NCBI GenBank assembly: GCA_963665295.1
Contig: OY762209.1
Span: 5,376,001 to 5,440,000, forward strand
Reading direction: 5' to 3'
From: Syntrophorhabdaceae bacterium
GTDB taxonomy: Bacteria > Desulfobacterota > Syntrophorhabdia > Syntrophorhabdales > Syntrophorhabdaceae
DNA: 64,000 nucleotides
The stretch's first letter is position 1, and each line of letters opens with the position of its first letter. Positions 10,026 through 19,013 of this stretch are shown here, in pieces. The notes beneath the pieces are model-generated. The model did not search any database, was not told where the DNA came from, and saw nothing but the letters and a program-made list of their open reading frames with translations. Made by a program: the position numbers and the translations under genes.

Positions 10026-10785
10026 GGGTATAGCACTTCTCGTTTACATCATACCTGACCAGTCCGTGTCGTGAAGAGGTGTTCATGTGCCGTGATACCT
10101 CGGAGGGGGTCAGGCCCAGCTTTTCTGCCATCATGCCTGTGGAGAGGGGTTTCTCCTTGAGGAGCAGGAGAATCTCGCTCATGGCAAGCTTATCGAGGAC
10201 CAGGGTATTGAAGAGCTTGCCGAACTCGTCGCTCGAAAAGAACTGCTGGTATGCTTCTTTCGATTTGACGGGCAGCCTCAGCCTCTCCCTTTCCACCAGC
10301 CTGAGATACGGCACCAGGCTCGATACTGCGTCGAGTTTGGCCTTGAGGGCCGCCTTGTCCAATCCCTCGCTTTTGCCGAGGGGTCCTAAGTCTTTTATCT
10401 GCTTGCCGAACTCGTTCATGGTCTCGGCAAAAAGGATGCCTTCGCCGCCCGACATGAACTCGATCTTCAGCCTGTCGGGATTGAGGCCTATGTGTTTCAT
10501 GAGCCTCTTGCCCAGGTAGGCCATGCTCAGTGCATGGAAATTCCCGTGGGTGATGTAGTTGCACTCGTTAAGATGGCACCCGACGATGAATACCCCGTCC
10601 GCCCCTTTCGAGAAGGCCCGTACTACGTAGGACAGATCGAGTCTGCCCGTGCACATGACGCGGATAAGTCGTATATCAGTGTTATATTGTAGTCTGGAAA
10701 CTCCAGCCAGGTCAGCCGCCCCGTAGCCTCACCAGTGACAGACAAAGCCTATTATTTTCGGTTTGAATTTCAGCGCTGCACTCAT
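10018..10785 (-). CDS. bamF: MvhD-like selenoprotein with C-terminal winged-HTH-like extension (UGA 10729-10731 read as Sec19)
   Basis: ATG 10785 with GGAGGTGG RBS; MSAALKFKPKIIGFVCHW-UGA-GYGAADLAG continues in frame into RVMCTGRLD...GCHLNECNY of the ORF-track 212-aa ORF. Confidence 0.9.
10690..10709 (-). promoter_or_regulatory. Candidate SECIS hairpin for bamF
   Basis: mRNA UGG-CUGGA-GUU-UCCAG-A-CUA stem-loop with G-containing loop, starting 19 nt after the UGA. Confidence 0.6.
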
Positions 10786-10815
10786 TAGTTCCCACCTCCC
10801 TTGATAAAATTCCTG

Positions 10816-13800
10816 CTACGCATCTCCCACCGCCTCGTCCTCCGGGAGGGCCGCATCGATCTGGCTTATGATCTCCTCGTCGGTAAAGTGTTTCAGTGAA
10901 ATGGCCTCTGTTCCGCACACGGTGTTGCAGAGACCGTCTCCCTTGCAGAGCACGGGGTTGACCCTCGCCTTTCTGCCGTCCGGTGTGTCATAGAAATCTA
11001 TGGCGCCGTACTCGCACACGGTGATGCATGCGCCGCACGAGATGCACTTGTTCTCATCCACCTCACATATGGAGCCCGAGGCGGTGACGATGTCGCGGGA
11101 GAGGAGCGTTAAGGCCCGGCCCGCGGCGCCGTAGGACTGGTTGATCGTCTCCTGGATGAACTTCGGGTAGTGGGCGATGCCGCAGAGGTAGACACCGTCC
11201 GTGCCGAATTCGACGGGCCGCAATTTTACGTGGGCTTCCTTGAACCAGTCGTCGGGTCCCAAAGAGACCTTGAACTGGAGGGAGATGTCCTTGTTCCCCG
11301 CGGAGGGGACGATGGCCGCGGCGAGGGCGAGCACATCGGCGTCGAGTTCGAGTTCCTTGCCCAGGATATAATCGACGGCAGTGACTTTGAGCACGGGACG
11401 TCCGTCCTCGGCCTCACCGGGCTCCACCCGGGGCGGGGCTTCCGGCTCGTAGCGGATGAACCTCACGTCCTTGTTTGCCGCTTCCCGGTAATAGTCTTCC
11501 CTGAACCCGTAGGTCCTCATATCCCTGAAGAGGACGTAAATGTCCATGGCGGGATTGAGCGCCTTCAGGCTGAGGGCGTTCTTCACGGACTGGCTGCAGC
11601 AGATCCTCGCGCAGTAGTTCCTGTCCTCGTTCCTGCAGCCCACGCACTGGATCATGACCAGGCTCTGGGCCTTGGTTACCTTCTCATCGGCGGCGGTGAT
11701 CTTCTCTTCCAGCTCGAGGCCGGTCATTACCCGCTCGTCTTCACCGTAGAGGTACTCGGTGGGCTTGTATTCATCGGCGCCTGTCGCGATGACCGCGGCG
11801 CCGTGCTTTATCTCGGTTATTCCCCTGTCGGACTTTATCTTCGTCACGAAGTTACCCACGTAACCCGTGCCTTCCAGGATCACGGCGTTCGTATATACGT
11901 GGATCAGGGGGTTCTTGAATACCTTGTCCATGGTCTCGCGGAGGAAGGCCTGGACATCGAGTCCTTCCAGGGTGGTGCTGATCCTTCTCGCGATACCGCC
12001 TAATTCCTTTTCTCTCTCCAGGAGGTAGACCTCGTGGCCCTGGTCCGCGATGGAGAGGGAACATGTCATGCCCGCGATGCCTCCGCCTACTACCAGGGCG
12101 GTCTTGTTGACGGGCAGGTCGATCTCTTGTAAGGGCGCCAGATGGCGGGCCCGCGCCACGGACATGCGGATAATGTCCTTGGCCTTTTCCGTGGCTTCTT
12201 CCTTTTCACGGGCGTGCACCCAGGAGCAGTGCTCCCTGATGTTTGCCATGTCGTAGTAGTACTGGTTGATCCCCGCCTCGCGGAGGGTGTCCCTGAACAG
12301 GGGTTCGAGGGTCCTGGGCGAGCAGGCGGCAACGATCACGCGGTTGAGTCCCTTCTCTTTGGTCACGTCCGTGATCTCTCGCGCGGAGTTGGTGGCGCAG
12401 GAGAATATCTGCTGCTGGGCGTGGACCACGTTGGGGAGGCTCAAGGCGTATTCCACCGCCGAGGGAACGCTTACGATCCTGCTGATGTTGGCGCCGCAGT
12501 GACATACGAAGACGCCGATCCTCGGCTCTTCCTGGGAGACGTCTCTCTCGGGAGGATAGATCCTCTCTTTGGCGAGGTCGCCTCTGCGGTAGTCAAGGAG
12601 CGCGCCTACCTGGGAACCGGCGCCGCTTGCGGAGAATACCGACTCGGGTATATCCACGGGACCCTGGAAACCGCCGCTTACAAAGATGCCGGGCCTGCTC
12701 GTCTCCATGGGGTTCACGGGATTGATCTTGCAGAATTCATGGTCGTTGAGCTCGATGCCGAACTTCTCCGCCAGGCCCTTCACATCCTTGGGAGGATTGA
12801 GGCCCACGGAGAGGACGACCATCTCGAACTCTTCTTCCTTTACCCCGTCATCGGGGGTGGAGTACCGTATGCTTACGTTCTTCGTGACAGGGTCTTCCTT
12901 CCCTATGGACACGTAGCTTCTGAAGAAGCGCACGCCGGGAAGTTTGTCCGTTCTCTCGAAGAAGCGCTCGAAGTCCTTGCCGTAGGAACGGACGTCATTA
13001 TGGAAAATGGTGCACTCCGCACCTGCGTCATGCTCCTTGGTGAGGATCACCTGTTTCTGCGTGTAGGTACAGCAGACAGCCGAACAATAGCTGTTGCCGC
13101 CCTCGATTACCTGACGGGAACCGACGCACTGAATCCAGGCAATCTTGTGGGGGTGCTTCTTGTCGGAAGCACGGAGTATCTCGCCCTGGTAGGGGCCCGT
13201 GGCGGACAGAAGACGCTCGAAGTCCATGCTCGTGACCACGTTCTCGAACTTCCCGTATCCGTAGTCTTCACGGAGCTTGGGATCGAAGGGCTCAAGACCG
13301 GAGGAGAGAATGATGGCGCCTACGTTGATGTCCACCTTCTCCGCCGTCTGGTTGAAATCTATGGCGTCGTTCTTACATACCGCCTCGCAGATGCGGCACT
13401 TTTTCTCCTTGAGGTAAAGACAGCTCTCATCTATATACGTGATAAGGGGAATCGCCTGGGCGAAATAAACGTGAACCGCCTTGTTCTTGGATATATCCTG
13501 GTTGAACTGATCAGGGTATTTGACGGGGCAGTACTCCACACAGACCGTACAACCCGTGCACTTGTCCTCCCGGATGTACCGGGGCTTCCTGTTCAGTGTT
13601 ACGTTAAAGTTACCTTCCTCGCCAATGACGTTCTCTACATCAGTGTACGTCAGTACTTCTATATTCGGATGCCGGCCGACCTCGACCAGTTTAGGTGCGA
13701 GTATTCACATCGAGCAGTCGTTGGTCGGAAAGGTCTTGTCAAGCTGAGCCATGTGGCCGCCGATGGACGGCGACTTCTCAACAAGGTAGACCTTGAAACC

Positions 13801-13935
13801 CGCAGTGCCGAGATCGAGGGCGGCCTGAATACCGCTGATCCCGCCACCGACTACCAGGACATCTCCGAAATTACTCTCCTCGAAGCTCTTGCACAGAATA
13901 TCGACTTGTTCTTTTTCAGAAAATTGTTTTTCCAC
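10816..13935 (-). CDS. bamE: HdrA-like flavoprotein with two FAD modules, selenoprotein (UGA 13705-13707 read as Sec77)
   Basis: GTG 13935 with GAGGTGG RBS; GGGISG...[31 protein letters not shown] continues in frame into the 907-aa ORF; second GGGIAG, QCVGSR/QCVGCR, ferredoxin motifs. Confidence 0.92.
13672..13689 (-). promoter_or_regulatory. Candidate SECIS hairpin for bamE
   Basis: mRNA CUGGUCG-AGGU-CGGCCGG, a 7-bp stem starting 15 nt after the UGA. Confidence 0.6.
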
Positions 13936-14005
13936 TTTCTACCACCTCATCAGGTTTTATATACCCGTACTAACCGGGTTATCGGCCCCGTTCGCCGTAC
14001 TTAAC

Positions 14006-14818
14006 TTAATCGATGGAGCAGCCCAGGCGCTCCGGGTGGGAATATACCGTCATCCGGCCCCCCCTCGCGCGGCCCACCAGGGCAATTCCCAGCTCGCGGG
14101 CGAGGAGTGCAGCCGTTCCCGTAGGCGAGTGCCGGGAAACAACAACCGGGACCTGCATCCTTGCCGCTTTGAGCAACATTTCCGACGAAACCCTGCCTGT
14201 GGTCAGGAGCAGCCGATCCTTCGTCGGTATCCTTTCCATCAGGCATTCACCCTGTATCTTGTCTACCGTGTTGTGCCGTCCGATATCCTCGCAGACTGCG
14301 ATAAGCTCCTTCGTATCCGCCAACGCCGAGGTGTGTATCCCCGTGCTGAAACGATCTTCTTCTATCCGTGCCTGGAGTTGTTTGAACACCCCCAGTATTT
14401 CCACCGGATCAGCGACGAAACGCGACTCCACCTTCTTCCCCTCGCTGCTGAAACTTGCGCCGCCTCCGCAGCCCGAGGTGAGCCTCCGTTTCGTGGGCAA
14501 CACAAACTCGGGTTTGGTCAGCCTCACATCGACCTCAAATTCATCGTCACACACACGCATCATCAACACGTCGTCTAAACCCGATATAATCCCCTCTGCA
14601 TAGAGGAACCCCAGGACCAGGAAATTTACCTTGGAAGGGGTGCACAGGATGGTGACCAATTCCTGGAGATTGACATAAATCCTTACTTCCCTCTCCATAG
14701 GCACCTGGGCCGTCGTCGCCGTCCATTCGCCGTCCGAAAAACGGTCGCATGCCAGCTCCGCTGCAACGCCCTTTATCTCCCATACGCCGGTTCCATCTTG
14801 CATCGTTCCCTGATTCAT
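14006..14818 (-). CDS. fdhD: FdhD/NarQ family sulfurtransferase (Mo/W-cofactor accessory protein)
   Basis: LVLGFLYAEG, RRLTSGCGGG, TGIHTSAL, EDIGRHNTVDKIQG, TTGRVSSEMLLKAA, SPT motifs. Confidence 0.9.
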   Translation of the reverse strand: MNQGTMQDGTGVWEIKGVAAELACDRFSDGEWTATTAQVPMEREVRIYVNLQELVTILCTPSKVNFLVLGFLYAEGIISGLDDVLMMRVCDDEFEVDVRLTKPEFVLPTKRRLTSGCGGGASFSSEGKKVESRFVADPVEILGVFKQLQARIEEDRFSTGIHTSALADTKELIAVCEDIGRHNTVDKIQGECLMERIPTKDRLLLTTGRVSSEMLLKAARMQVPVVVSRHSPTGTAALLARELGIALVGRARGGRMTVYSHPERLGCSID

Positions 14819-14824
14819 CCCCTA

Positions 14825-15976
14825 CTAAATGACTTCCGCGAGAATCTCCGTAATATCCTTGACCTCTATGGCCTCACCGTAACCCATGACCAGTCTGCTG
14901 TCTTCAAGGGCGGTGATGCAATAGGGACACGCGGTGGCCAGTACGTCGGCCTTGAGCCCCACGGCCTGATCGAGCCTCAGGTTCGAGAACCGGTCGTCCT
15001 TCAGTGTTTCCATCCAGACCCTGCCTCCACCCATACCGCAGCAGAGACTCTCTTCCCGTATCTCGGGCAACTCGACAAACTCCAGTCCGGGTATCTTCTT
15101 AAGGACGTCCCGGGGCTCATCATATATACCATTGTGGCGGCCCAGGTAGCAAGGATCATGGTAGGTTATCCTCTTCGCATATTCCTTGTCGATCTCGAGC
15201 CTTCCCTCGTTAATGAGCTCAAAGAGAAACTGGGAGATGTGGACCACCTCGAAGTTGACCTTGAACTGGGCATACTCGTTTTTGAATGTATGATAACAAT
15301 GGGGGGAGGACACAAGGATCTTCTTCACCCCGTTATCGATGAAAGTCTTGATGTTTTCCTTGGCAAGGCGTTTGAAGAGATCCTCGTTGCCGGTCTTCCG
15401 GATGCTCTCTCCGCAGCAGCTTTCCTTCTCGCCGAGTATCCCGAAATCCACCCCTGCCTTGTTGAGGATACGGACCGTGGCCTGAGCCACCTTCTTCAAC
15501 CTCGGGTCATAACTGCAGTAGCAGTCCGGGAAATAGAGAATCTCCATGCCTTCTTTAAAGGCCTTTACATTGAGGCCCTCTGCCCACTCCGCCCTTTTTG
15601 ACCGGTCTTCGCCGAAGGGGTTGCCCTGGGCGGCAAGGCCGGACGCTACGGCGCGCACGGGTTTTACATGGGCGGGGAACACGCCGTATCCCGTGGCCAT
15701 TCTCCTCAACGCTACCATGTTGTCTATCTGCTTCACGTCCCTCGGGCACCGCTGGGGGCACTTTCCGCAGGTCGTGCAGCGCCAGATCTCCTCGCGCTCT
15801 ATCTCACTCAACCCGAATGTAGCCTCTCGGATCAGCTTGCGCATGCTAAAGGTTCTTACCCTGTTCCAGGGACAGACGGTGTCGCACTTTCCGCATTGGT
15901 AGCAGAATTTTACGGCCTCTCCACCCTTTTCCTTTACCTCATCTATTACCTCTTTGAAGGGGGCTACAGTTTCCAC
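14825..15976 (-). CDS. bamD: HdrD/GlpC-like Fe-S protein (HdrC-type ferredoxin plus CCG domains)
   Basis: CYQCGKCDTVCP, CTTCGKCPQRCP, SCCG, YHDPCYLGRHN, LCCGMGGG, TACPYC. Confidence 0.88.
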   Translation of the reverse strand: METVAPFKEVIDEVKEKGGEAVKFCYQCGKCDTVCPWNRVRTFSMRKLIREATFGLSEIEREEIWRCTTCGKCPQRCPRDVKQIDNMVALRRMATGYGVFPAHVKPVRAVASGLAAQGNPFGEDRSKRAEWAEGLNVKAFKEGMEILYFPDCYCSYDPRLKKVAQATVRILNKAGVDFGILGEKESCCGESIRKTGNEDLFKRLAKENIKTFIDNGVKKILVSSPHCYHTFKNEYAQFKVNFEVVHISQFLFELINEGRLEIDKEYAKRITYHDPCYLGRHNGIYDEPRDVLKKIPGLEFVELPEIREESLCCGMGGGRVWMETLKDDRFSNLRLDQAVGLKADVLATACPYCITALEDSRLVMGYGEAIEVKDITEILAEVI

Positions 15977-16010
15977 GTTATTTATCCTCTTCTTTTGCCT
16001 TTAATAGTTT

Positions 16011-16550
16011 TTATTCCTTCTTCGTCATCCGGGCAACGGTATCGATTACCTTATCCATTCCGTACTTGTTCACCATCGATTCCAGGCCCGCCTGCACGTC
16101 TTCCATCTTCACGTCTTCTTCTACCTCTTCTTCCCTTTCTTCGTAGATCAGGGCGTCATTGAGGCACCACTGTACACACAGGGGTTTCTCCTGAGCAGGA
16201 TCATCCTCACACATGTCGCACTTGACGGGAAGACCTGAATCGGGTTCCTTGAAGGCGTCCCTGGACGGACACGCGGCTCTGCAAAAGGCGCACTCATCGT
16301 ATTCCTTGCCGTCAATGATGTACTGGTCCCTGCCCATGCACTCGGCAGGCGTATACTCGCCCGCATACACGGGAAGGTACACGTCTCTGATAGGCTCGCG
16401 GATCATGCGGATACGGGACCTCGCCGGGTTGTTGCTGCTGTATTTCGGCGCTGCGTGAAAGGCGGAGCATATTACCTCACATGCCCGGCAACCATTGCAC
16501 TTGTCGAGGTCGATCTTGATTGTCTTGATTTTCTTCATTACTTTACTCAT
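16011..16550 (-). CDS. bamC: Class II benzoyl-CoA reductase electron-transfer Fe-S subunit
   Basis: CNGCRACEVICSAFHAAPKYSSNNPARSRIR...CAFCRAACP...KCDMC...CVQWC; directly follows bamB. Confidence 0.9.
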   Translation of the reverse strand: MSKVMKKIKTIKIDLDKCNGCRACEVICSAFHAAPKYSSNNPARSRIRMIREPIRDVYLPVYAGEYTPAECMGRDQYIIDGKEYDECAFCRAACPSRDAFKEPDSGLPVKCDMCEDDPAQEKPLCVQWCLNDALIYEEREEEVEEDVKMEDVQAGLESMVNKYGMDKVIDTVARMTKKE

Positions 16551-18504
16551 CTTTGATAATCCCTCTCTGTTCTAAGTCTTCGGCAACGTAGGCCAGATCC
16601 AATTCCTGCAAAGACTGTTTTGTAGGAATACCCTCGTTATCCCATCCCTTAAATTTGTAGTACGCGTCCAGAAGCTGCTCTTCAAGCTCGGGGAATCTCT
16701 TCTTCCAGTGGTCTTCCGGCGGCTTCTCGTCCGCTCTCCGCAGGCCCCTTCTCACGTTGATGGCCCTGAGCAGCGTACGGTTTCTCTTGTATATTTCCGC
16801 CAACTTCTTTTCATCCATATCGATCCCGGCTCCTGCCGAGATGAATTCCGGGTAATTGTGAATATGATAGGGTGGTTTCAACGGGAATGAGGACAGGCCG
16901 GCGCACACCCCGAGGGCGTCGTCAACGTAGTGCATCATCTCCTGCCAGTCAACGATGTCAACGGACATGTCAACAGTGGGGTAATACGGGTTCGACCGCT
17001 CCCCTCTCATTTCCCAGTCCATCAGGTACTGTTTGAACTTGTCGTCGGGACACTGGATCCAATCCTTGCAGAAGTCTTCCCTCTCCTCGATGGTGGGGAA
17101 GGGCGACTGCGGGAACTGTCCTTCGATCTGGGTGATATTTATCTTCTCACCGGTGGAATACATGAGGAAATAGATGGGATTCAGCATTCCGAGTTTGAGA
17201 GGTAACTGCTCATGTTTTTTGATGTTGTTGTGGGCGAACTTTTCCGCGCCGTTGCCGATCTGCTGGGCCGCCCAATGGGTGCCGTTGGCCAGTACGTCGC
17301 CGATGCCTTCACGGCGCACGATCCTGTCAAGGAGCCAGTAGAACTTGCCTTCGTTATCGGACGGACATCCCGCGAAATCGTCTTCGCTCAAGATGCCCGC
17401 TTCGAGAAGCTCGAAGCCGAAGGCCATGGTCTGGGGTGTCGAGAATCCGTCCACTCCGTACTCGGTGGCCCGCTGGGCAATCCTGAAACCGAAATCGAGG
17501 TCCGAGAAAGCCGCCATTGTATAAGTAAGTTTGGAGAAGCATTTCATCATGTACGTCGAAATGCCCGGAAGGGAAATTATTGCGCCGCACTTCATGGGGC
17601 AGTTGTAACAGCTGATCAGCCTTGTCCGCGCGTTTAACTGGGTCTCCTTCCACTTCTCTTCCACGTCCTTCGTCCAGAAATCCTTCCTCCTGGTACGGGA
17701 GTTTCCCCACATAAAATTCTGCGTGTGCCATGCCTCGTCGATGTGTTTCATCTCCTGGGGTGAGCCGAGGCCCGCCAGGATGGGCATTACACCAGGCACC
17801 GGTTTCTCTTCCCGGGCCTTTATGTAGTGCAGGACATCGGTACAGAGTTTTATGTATTCATCAGGTCGGGCAAGGTTAACATCTTTGGTTCCGCGAACCG
17901 CTATTGCCTTTATCCCCTTGTCTCCCATGACGGCCCCTATTCCGAGCCGGCTGGCGCTTGACCTGCCCTGCTCTATGGAAGCCATGTAGACCCTGTTCTC
18001 ACCGGCCAGACCGATGGCGGCCACCTGGGCATTCGGCTCCTTCAGTTCTTTCCGGATAAGCTCCTGAGTCTCGACCGCGCCTTTGCCATGGAGATGGGAA
18101 GCGTCGCGTATCTCGACCTTGTCGTTGTTTATCCAGACGTAAATGAGCTTTGGAGACTTACCGCGGAAGATTACCTTGTCGTAGCCGGCGTACTTTAACT
18201 CCGGCGCCCAGAATCCCCCCATCATTGAATAGCCCATTAAAAGGGTCTGAGGAGAATACGTTGTGACAATGGTGCGGTTGGCACCGGGAGCAGGTGTACC
18301 GCACAGGAGACCGGTGCTGAATATTAGTAGATTATCAGGAGAAAAGGGATCCGTTTCCGGAGGGACCCTATCCCATAATATCTTACAGTTGGTACCCAAG
18401 CCTCCGAGATACTGCTCCGTTAGTTTCGGGTCGGTTTCTACCCTCTCGACGTTTCCTGTGGTTAAATCGATTTCTAAGTTATACCCTGTTTCTGCGTACC
18501 TCAT
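16543..18504 (-). CDS. bamB: Class II benzoyl-CoA reductase active-site subunit (W-pterin, aldehyde:ferredoxin oxidoreductase family)
   Basis: 653 aa; MRYAETGY N-terminus, SMMGGFWAPELKYAGYD, GAVMGDKG, SCYNCPMKCG, YMMKC322, E251/H260. Matches my recollection of Geobacter BamB in length and numbering. Confidence 0.92.
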   Translation of the reverse strand: MRYAETGYNLEIDLTTGNVERVETDPKLTEQYLGGLGTNCKILWDRVPPETDPFSPDNLLIFSTGLLCGTPAPGANRTIVTTYSPQTLLMGYSMMGGFWAPELKYAGYDKVIFRGKSPKLIYVWINNDKVEIRDASHLHGKGAVETQELIRKELKEPNAQVAAIGLAGENRVYMASIEQGRSSASRLGIGAVMGDKGIKAIAVRGTKDVNLARPDEYIKLCTDVLHYIKAREEKPVPGVMPILAGLGSPQEMKHIDEAWHTQNFMWGNSRTRRKDFWTKDVEEKWKETQLNARTRLISCYNCPMKCGAIISLPGISTYMMKCFSKLTYTMAAFSDLDFGFRIAQRATEYGVDGFSTPQTMAFGFELLEAGILSEDDFAGCPSDNEGKFYWLLDRIVRREGIGDVLANGTHWAAQQIGNGAEKFAHNNIKKHEQLPLKLGMLNPIYFLMYSTGEKINITQIEGQFPQSPFPTIEEREDFCKDWIQCPDDKFKQYLMDWEMRGERSNPYYPTVDMSVDIVDWQEMMHYVDDALGVCAGLSSFPLKPPYHIHNYPEFISAGAGIDMDEKKLAEIYKRNRTLLRAINVRRGLRRADEKPPEDHWKKRFPELEEQLLDAYYKFKGWDNEGIPTKQSLQELDLAYVAEDLEQRGIIKDE

Positions 18505-18580
18505 TTTTAGCCCCTCAAGTAGGTATCTCCGCAGCTACAGCCTTCAGCTGCGCAGTGTTAATGTTTGTTGCCACCTTATT

Positions 18581-18622
18581 GTGAATGTATTCACTATATC
18601 TTAAGCAAATAAAGTTTGTCAA
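18581..18622 (-). promoter_or_regulatory. sigma70-like promoter P1 (TTGACA-N18-TATAGT) with operator GTGAATGTATTCAC
   Basis: -35 at 18617-18622, -10 at 18593-18598, near-palindrome 18581-18594. Confidence 0.75.
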
Positions 18623-18759
18623 GGGGAAAAAACCTTCCAAAAAACTTTTTTCCGCCTTGGCCCCTTGGATGCGCAACCCCGGGATATTAAGGCGCCTCTC
18701 GACAGCAGGTCCTCTCTTCTTTCCGGAATCCATCGCGCGATCCCGCCCTCTTTGATATT

Positions 18760-18801
18760 GTGAATATATTCACTATATCTTAGCCAAATAAAGTTTGTCA
18801 A
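18760..18801 (-). promoter_or_regulatory. sigma70-like promoter P2 (TTGACA-N18-TATAGT) with operator GTGAATATATTCAC
   Basis: -35 at 18796-18801, -10 at 18772-18777, perfect palindrome 18760-18773. Confidence 0.75.
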
Positions 18802-18892
18802 GGAGAAAAGGGAGATGGGAGAATGGTCATAGGCTGTGGTCCTTTCGAATAGGAGGTTCATCACGTAATTCATACTTGCCGACTATACTAAG

Positions 18893-18929
18893 TGTATACA
18901 TTATATGCCGTATATCTAAGGTTTGTCAA
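18893..18929 (-). promoter_or_regulatory. sigma70-like promoter P3 (TTGACA-N18-TATAAT) with TGTATACA palindrome
   Basis: -35 at 18924-18929, -10 at 18900-18905, palindrome 18893-18900. Confidence 0.7.
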
Positions 18930-19013
18930 GGAACCACGCGGTAATTAACCCTATTTAACAAGTAAAGTACACGGAGCGCTGCTAAGGTGGTCCGCCTTGC
19001 GTGCGGGTCACCT

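Noticed and set aside
10018..13935. bamE and bamF as nonsense pseudogenes
   Set aside because: Both stops are UGA at conserved Cys positions with downstream hairpins, so Sec recoding is more parsimonious.
12142..14004. 620-aa plus-strand ORF
   Set aside because: Antisense shadow of bamE in GC-rich DNA; no motifs.
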